NCBI RefSeq assembly: GCF_009914755.1 | Contig: NC_060930.1 | Length of the DNA stretch: 64,000 nt | Reading direction: 5' to 3' (one strand) | DNA from: the human T2T-CHM13v2.0 reference genome, Homo sapiens | Shown: in pieces, positions 57,200-64,000 of the stretch | Position numbering within the stretch: position 1 is the first letter of the stretch | How the letters are laid out: the number at the start of each line of letters is the position of its first letter | Made by a program: the position numbers and the translations under genes | Notes under the pieces: generated by a model | Seen by the model: the letters and a program-made list of their open reading frames with translations, nothing else | The model's database searches: none | What the model was told of the DNA's origin: nothing

Positions 57200-58780
57200 A
57201 TTTTTTTTAAATTTGTTGTTTAACATAGATAAAATTCACCATTACAATGTCAAATTCTTCAATTTAGTGGTTTTTATTATATACAAAATGTGCAACCATA
57301 TCATTATCTAATTCCAGAATATTTCCATCATACCCCAAAGAAACCATGTACCTCCCCATTCCCTCCTTCTCCCACGTTCTGGAAATTGCCTATTTACTTT
57401 CTGTCTCTACAGATTTTTCTATTATGGATATCCTATAGAAATGAAGTCATACAAAATGTGGCATTTTGTGTCTGGCTTCTATCACTTAGCATAATGTTTT
57501 ATAGGTTCATGCATGTTGCTGCATGTGTGAGGTCACTAAAACTTGTACCTATGTTTTCTTCTAAGAATTTATAGTTTCAGCTCTAATATTTGGGTCTTTG
57601 ACCCACTTTGCATTGATTTTTGTATACGGTGTAAAGCAGGGATCCACATTTATTCTTTTGCATGTAGATATTCAGCATCATTCGTTGAAAGGATTATTAT
57701 TTCCATCTTCAAATGGTCTTGGAACCCTTGACAAAAATCAATTGACCATAGGCATATAAACTTATTTCTGGACTTTCGGTGCTAGTCCATTGTTCTACAC
57801 ATTTATCCATATGCCAGTATCACATTGTTTCAAATACTGTAAATTTGTAGTAAGTTTTGAAACTGGAAAGTGTGAATCCTCCAATTTTGTTCCTTTTTAA
57901 ACATTGTCTTGGCTATTTGGTGTCACTTGTTCATTTTAGAATCAACTTGTCCATTTCTGAAAAAAAAAAAGCCACCAGAATTTTGGCAGGAATTGCATGG
58001 AATCTGTTGATCGGTTTGGCATATATTGCCATCTTGATATTATTAAGTTTTCCAATCCATGAAATGACACATCTTTCCATTTATTTAGGTCTTTATTATT
58101 TTTCAATAATGTTTTGTAGTCTTCAGTGTACAACACTTGCACTTCCTTGGTCAAATTTATTCCCAAATATTCTTTTTGTTGCTATTATAAACTGAATGGT
58201 TTTATTAACTTTATCTTTGGATTGTTCATCGCTACTGTATAGAAATACAACTGATATTTGCATGCTGATCTTGTATCCTGCAACTTTTCTGAACTCATTT
58301 ATTAACTCTTACTGAGTTGTAACTTACATTTGCCTATAAATGTTGTTTGACAGATGCTCTCAGGTGGTGATTTTAGCACTGGGTGAGTTCAAGGTATGTG
58401 ATATGAAGGCAAACCTTTTAAGTTGGTGTTCCAGGGATCCACCAAACAGGTCAAAACAGTTACAATTCTTGGCAAATGAAGTTTATTCTGCTCTCTATTG
58501 CACTAGGGATGTAGGATTGGATGATCAAGACTATCACTGAGCTGGGGCATGGCAGATGGAATTGGGTAAATGAAAAAGCCATAGAGTTTGATTTTCTTAC
58601 TGAGATTCAACTTTTTACAAAAGCATCTCTTAGTTATTGGAAGCTGTTAGTTCACTTCTCGAGTTCTGAACAATTGATTTTGAAAGTTTTTGCCAGTTTT
58701 TTTTCATTGCTTTTATGGTTGGGTGGACTTTTGGATTTTCTTGCTCCAGGATTTTCACATACTTCAAGCTATTGTTAAAT
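57200..58780 (-). mobile_element. L1 fragments (L1MB-like 3' end, ORF2 and other pieces) inserted in the ERVL
   Basis: Minus-strand peptide GINLTKEVQVLYTEDYKTLLK..DLNKWKD is L1 ORF2. Confidence 0.8.
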
Positions 58781-59084
58781 CTTGAATGCACAAATTCCTC
58801 TAAATCCGAAGAGTCTATAGAGGTGGGTTACTTTTCCCTCACATGTAAACAATGCAGAGGCCTCTACCCTATAAGACAACATGTGACCCCTTGGGATCCC
58901 CCCACCTGCCCATCTATCACTAGTCTTATAGCTAAGGATAAGTTTGAACCCAACCTTAGCCACGGTTGCACTGACCCTGATAGGAGAGGAAAGGGACTAT
59001 ATCCCAAATAAGCTGCAACACTTAGCATTGATAGGTAGGAGCTGGAAGAAGACTCAAATCATAGGACTGGATTCAGAGGAGACT

Positions 59085-59450
59085 GTTTTGTTTTTTTTTA
59101 ACTTTTTAAATTGACACATTGTAATTGTACATATTTATGGGGTAAAATTTGATGTTTTGATACATATCTATGTTGTATAAAGATCCAATCATGGTAGTTT
59201 GTATATATATCACCTCATGCATTTATCATTTGCTTGTGGTAAGAACCTTCAAAAGCCTCTCTTTTAGCTATTTTGTAATATACAATATTTTACCATTAAC
59301 CATAGTCACTCTGCTGTGCAATAGAACATCAGAATTTATTCCTCCTAATTGTAACCTTGTGCCTGTTGACCAACCCTTTCCCATATGCTCCCTAGTCTCT
59401 GGTAACCACTGTTCTACTCTCTGCTTCTATAATATCAACTTTTTTTTTCT
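59085..59450 (-). mobile_element. L1MA-type 3' end fragment
   Basis: aaattgacacattgtaattgtacatatttatgggg..ctctggtaaccactgttctactctctgcttcta. Confidence 0.8.
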
Positions 59451-59951
59451 TCCTGAGCATGCTGTTTTGAAAAAGAGACCAAAACATGAGGTTGGAAACT
59501 GGAGAGTTTATTGATTTGAGATCCCTTTCCCAGTTACAAGCTTTAACATGCTGGCAAGGGCCTCAGAATACAGTGTGAACTCACTACTGGGATGGCTCCT
59601 AGGAGCCTAGAAACAGTAATGGTCCATGCCAAGTGAGGTTGAAATTCCAGAATTACCATGGTTGCCAGTGGGAAAAAGGATTAAAAGGCTCAGAGAAGTG
59701 AGCCTGCGGGAGGGCATAGACTTTGTAAGACTGGGAAACCCACCAAATGCCTGTGTTTCATGGGAAACTTCAAGAGAACACTATTTCCAGGCCACAAGGA
59801 ATGCATTGGTACATGCAGTTGCCACAGTAAACGGCAAGGTTGTAGGGACAGTCGGGGACCTGATTATCTGAGAGTTAGACCCCTAATAGATTATGGCATG
59901 TTTAGGGGCAAAATAAATGAGCTGCCAACAAGGTTACTACTCAATCTGTAC

Positions 59952-59982
<31 letters not shown>

Positions 59983-60629
59983 GAACAAAACACGGATAGA
60001 TGATCAGGAGGTTGACAGCAATTGCCCTCGTACAGTGTTATGATTCCTTGAGCAGTTACTGAATCAATGCCATTTTTATTTTATTTTATTTTTACCAGAA
60101 ATGACATTCATCTTTTGAAAAGTATCTGGGCTCCAGGAGGAAGAATCCTGCAACATCACAGCAAGTTCACACAATAATAATTACCCCAGTCTTTCTGCAA
60201 AGGGATTTATGGCCAGTTACTTGGGTAATTGTACACTACGGAAAGGAGAATACCAAACATGTCAAGGATTGTTGGACACTGGGTCGAAGTTGACATAGAC
60301 ATCCAGAAACTCAATACATTATCATGTACCCCATGTCAGAGATTGGGCATATTGGGGGTGAGTAATAAATTGAGATCTGCCAAGGTTAGGATCTCAGTGG
60401 GTGCAATGGCCATTTTCCTTCTCTATACATGGATGCATCATATTTGGTAGTTGGCATAACCTCATATCAGGTCCTTGGCCTATTGGGTAGGAGCCCAAAG
60501 GAAAGCTCCTGAAATGGTTCCCTCCCACCCTTGCCTCAGCAGAGATAGTATATAAAAATCAATATTGTATCCCCTGAGGAGGATGATGGAAATTAATCCC
60601 CTCCTTAAAGATCTAAAAAGTGCAGTACA

Positions 60630-60884
60630 GTGGTTCTCATCATATCTTTATTTAACTCACCAGGCTGGGCTCTGCAAAACCCAGGTGAACCCTGGAGGAT
60701 GACAGTAGACTACCACCAACTCAAGCAAGTAGTAGCAAGCCTTGCCCTCACCCTGCAGAATATGATATATTTAGAAGAAGTCAACACAGCCTTAGGGGCA
60801 TGGCATGTGGCTATTGATTTGGCAAATACGTTTTTTCACATCCTTTGCAGAAAAGAGGATGAGAAACCATTTGCACTCACATGA
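60630..60884 (+). pseudogene. pol: ERVL reverse-transcriptase remnant
   Basis: WRMTVDY and IDLANxFF motifs typical of class III/ERVL RT. Confidence 0.8.
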
Positions 60885-62354
60885 AATGGTTAATAGTGTA
60901 AATTTTAACTGAAATGGTTAACAGTGTAAATTTGCAGTGTGTCCCAGACCTGTTAGTTCTTTGTCCTACCCACCCTCTGTTACAATATAGTCCAAAGAGA
61001 TCTGGACTGTTTGAATGTCCTGGCCTTTGATTCATTTTATCAGTGGTATCGTGAGAATGGGGCTGGATGACAAGAAATCCAAGAATTGGAAGCCTTGGTA
61101 AGTCACACGCATTCCAGAGAGTATGAGATAACCTCCATGAACATTCAGGGGCCCGCCATCTTAGTAAAATGTTTAGGGATTCAGTGGCCAAGGATATGTT
61201 GAAATATCCCATCCAAAGAATAGGGCAAAGTATTGCATCTTACGTCTCCCATGGTGAAAAAAGGGATCACAATGTTAGTTCCTATAGTGGAAGGCATGAG
61301 AGACTTCCAGCTTGGAGTGGGGCCCAGAGTAGGAAAGTATAGGATGTAAGCAGCCCTGCCACTTGGGCCATACAGCCTGACAGATCCTATGATACGGGAG
61401 GTGTTAGTGGTGGGAAAATGTGCCAGGTACAGTTTAAAACACATGCCTTGTGGGAGAATCATAATGAGGACTCCTATGTTTCTGGGGCTTAGTCATGCCA
61501 TCTGCAGTGGAGAACTCTATGCCTTTTGGAAAACAATTTCTATTGTGCTACTGAGCCCTGAAGATGGGGCACCTGACTGTGAGAACCAATGACAATGTGG
61601 CAACAATTGCCCATATGAATGGGCTCTGTCAGAACCACCAAGTCACAAGATCAGGTGGGCCCACTGTATCATGGAATGGGTGCATTTGGTATTGAGTACG
61701 AGCTGAGCCAGAAGGTTTACCAGCTCATGAACAGGTAACCCAGGACCCCATGTCACCCACTGTGTTGCACAGGGTCAAACAGACACATGGGCAGTGGAGA
61801 ATCACTTGACTGATGGGCCACTGGTCTAAAAAGAGAAAGATTGGAAGGCTGGGGAGTTGGAGGCCTGAGGCAGTGGTGTGTATGTGGACACAGGAGAAGG
61901 ATGAGTATTCCATGTCATGTGTTGTATGTTTCCACCTTGGAAGAGGAATTGAACAACTGAGGAAACAAAATGACTAAGCCAAATGATATGAGCTGGCCAG
62001 TAACTGGTCACCACCAGGCCAGCCCAGTGGATACCTGGGGAGGCCAGCTGAGGCAGGAATGGAGGCGTGGGTGCAAGACTCTGGGCTTGCAAGGGGCAGG
62101 GTGGATTGAGCTGCTGCTGCCACCAAATACACAACCTGCCAGCAACAAAGATGAATGCTGTGCCCCTACAGGCTCCATCCCTCTAGGAGGCCTTGGTCAC
62201 TCGGTGGTGAGTTGACCACATTGGACCCTGTCAGTCATTTAAAGACCAGCTCTTCTCATGGATAGAAATGGACACAGTACTTTCCTTCCTGCAGGCCCCC
62301 AGCCACTACATTAATGAGAAGAATAGGATTCTTTTTTAAGGAGCTAGCATTTGC

Positions 62355-62700
62355 TAGACTGGTCTTCAGAGTTACAGCTCCCTATCATCAAGTTGATTGC
62401 AAACATTCATCTGCAAACAGCTCTCTTAGCTCATGAGCCATGCAAAACCAGCTGGTGGCTGAATGCGGCCTGTAGCCATCATTTTATATGCATCATTACT
62501 GAGTCTTATGTAACAGTACAGATGTGCCACCACATCTGTGTGTCAGGTGGCAAGAAGAAAAAGAAGGACATGGACATCAATTATTTTTGAAGGAGACTTC
62601 CGAAGTCCCACACAATACTGCTAACATCTTGCCCAGAACTTGGTCACGTGGCCACACATTCCTGCAAAGGAGGCTGGGAAATGCAGTTGTTTACTCCCAT
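62355..62700 (-). mobile_element. Old MaLR LTR fragment (MLT1K/L-like)
   Basis: gcccagaacttggtcacgtggccacac..tgcaaaggaggctgggaaatgcagtt. Confidence 0.5.
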
Positions 62701-63419
62701 TGTTAGAACTCTCTATGAATCTTAATTTTCATCAGTTTACTTCATTTGTTAGGAGCTACTGATAGACTCAAGTAAAATTGTAATTCTCCAAAGAACTTAA
62801 AATAAAGACATTGATGTTAATTAAATATAAAACAAATACCTAATAGAGACAATCAGCCAAGCTAAAACAACTCTCTTAAGAATACAATAAAAATTGGCAA
62901 GTCTTTGGTAACATTAGTCAAGAAAAATAGGAGAAGGCATAAATAACCAAAATAGCCCATGCGAAGAGGGACAGAATTCCAGAGGCTGCGGGAGGATTCT
63001 GGTCTGGCTGGAGATGCTGGTAACTTCTCTGTCTTGCCAATATGAACTTCTTAGCATTGCTCAAAGCTGTCCTCTGTGCTCACAGCCCACCCCTCTGCTG
63101 GCGGCTTTCACATGTTCTGTTGCCCTGGTCCCTCCTTGGCCCCTCACCTCTGCCCTCTTCCATCTCACCTGTGCTGTGCTTTCAGACTCTTGCAGCCTCC
63201 AGAAGAAATCCTAGACCACTCAGCATCCAAAGCCCTTCTTGGGCTATTGCTGGTCTCTTTTCCAGCTCTATTGTCTAGTCCTAAATTAAAACACAGACGA
63301 TTCTCCAAATTTCTCCTTGTAACTGCCTCCTTCCATAATCTTGCTCAGGACTCTTCTACTTTTCTTCTCAGAGAACACAAATGTAATCAAGTAAAATGTT
63401 ACCATTTCTCCAAGGTTCC

Positions 63420-63782
63420 TGATATGGTTTGGATTTATATCCTTGCCAAATTTCATGTCAAACTATGATCCCCCATGTTGGAGGTGGGGCCTGGTGGGAG
63501 GTGATTAGATCATGAGGCGGATTTCCCCCTTGGTGCTGTTCTCTTGACAGTGAGTTCTCGTGAGATCTGGTTGTCTAAAAGTGTGTAGCACCAGCCATGC
63601 ACAGTGCTGACTCCCCCTTTGCCTTCTGCCATGATAGGAAGCTTCCTGAGGCCTCCCCAGAAGCAGAAGCCACTTTGCTTCCAGTACAGCCTGCGGAACT
63701 GTGAGCCAATTAAATCTCTTTTCTTTATAAATTGCCTAATCTCAGGTAGTTCTTTATAGCAGTGTGAGAACAGTCTAATACA
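63420..63782 (+). mobile_element. MSTA solo LTR
   Basis: tgatatggtttggat..ggaggtggggcctggtgggaggtgatt..tgtgagccaattaaatctcttttctttataaat..ctaataca; TSD gttcc/gtccc. Confidence 0.9.
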
Positions 63783-64000
63783 GTCCCCAAGTTGGAAACC
63801 AGACTTCTCCCCAACTCCTATAATAATTTTTGTATCTTTTTATCTTGACATCATTTCACATACATAGAAAAGCTGCCTGAGTAATAAAAAGAAGTTCTGT
63901 GTACCATTTCCCAGATTCACAGACTACTCACATCTTGCCTTACTTTTTTCTTCCTCTGCACACATGTGTGCTTGTACGCACACACACACGCACACATACA

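Larger units (their letters stand above)
56691..62300 (+). mobile_element. Decayed ERVL (class III) internal region, interrupted by L1 pieces
   Basis: gag-like PSEVEIPELPW..IKRLREV (59626 onward); RT-like FNSPxW..WRMTVDYHQL..AIDLANTFF (60630-60884). Confidence 0.8.

Overview
Primate (almost certainly human or hominoid) non-coding genomic DNA, dominated by interspersed repeats. I can support no cellular protein-coding gene; almost all ORFs in the track are chance frames or retroelement debris. Main elements: a complete 5.7-kb deleted-type HERV-H provirus on the minus strand (26547-32251) with two LTR7s, a tRNA-His PBS and a perfect TAAAG target-site duplication; a full THE1C MaLR (42928-45337); two decayed ERVL-class proviral remnants (MER21-like at about 5.9-10.1 kb, LTR16-like at about 56.3-62.3 kb); two long minus-strand old L1s; about a dozen Alus; hAT and Tigger DNA transposons; and a roughly 720-bp alternating purine-pyrimidine tract. 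The most notable non-repeat structure is an island with no recognisable repeats (about 14.85-18.45 kb). It holds a 314-bp direct duplication at about 95% identity, retained CpGs, minus-strand splice donors and a Kozak-flanked 22-codon ORF, and lies about 8 kb downstream of the co-oriented HERV-H. I found no convincing new biological system. The best leads are this possible LTR7-linked regulatory/first-exon region and several templated-insertion scars inside an L1. Repeat subfamily names come from recognising consensus motifs by eye and need RepeatMasker/Dfam confirmation.
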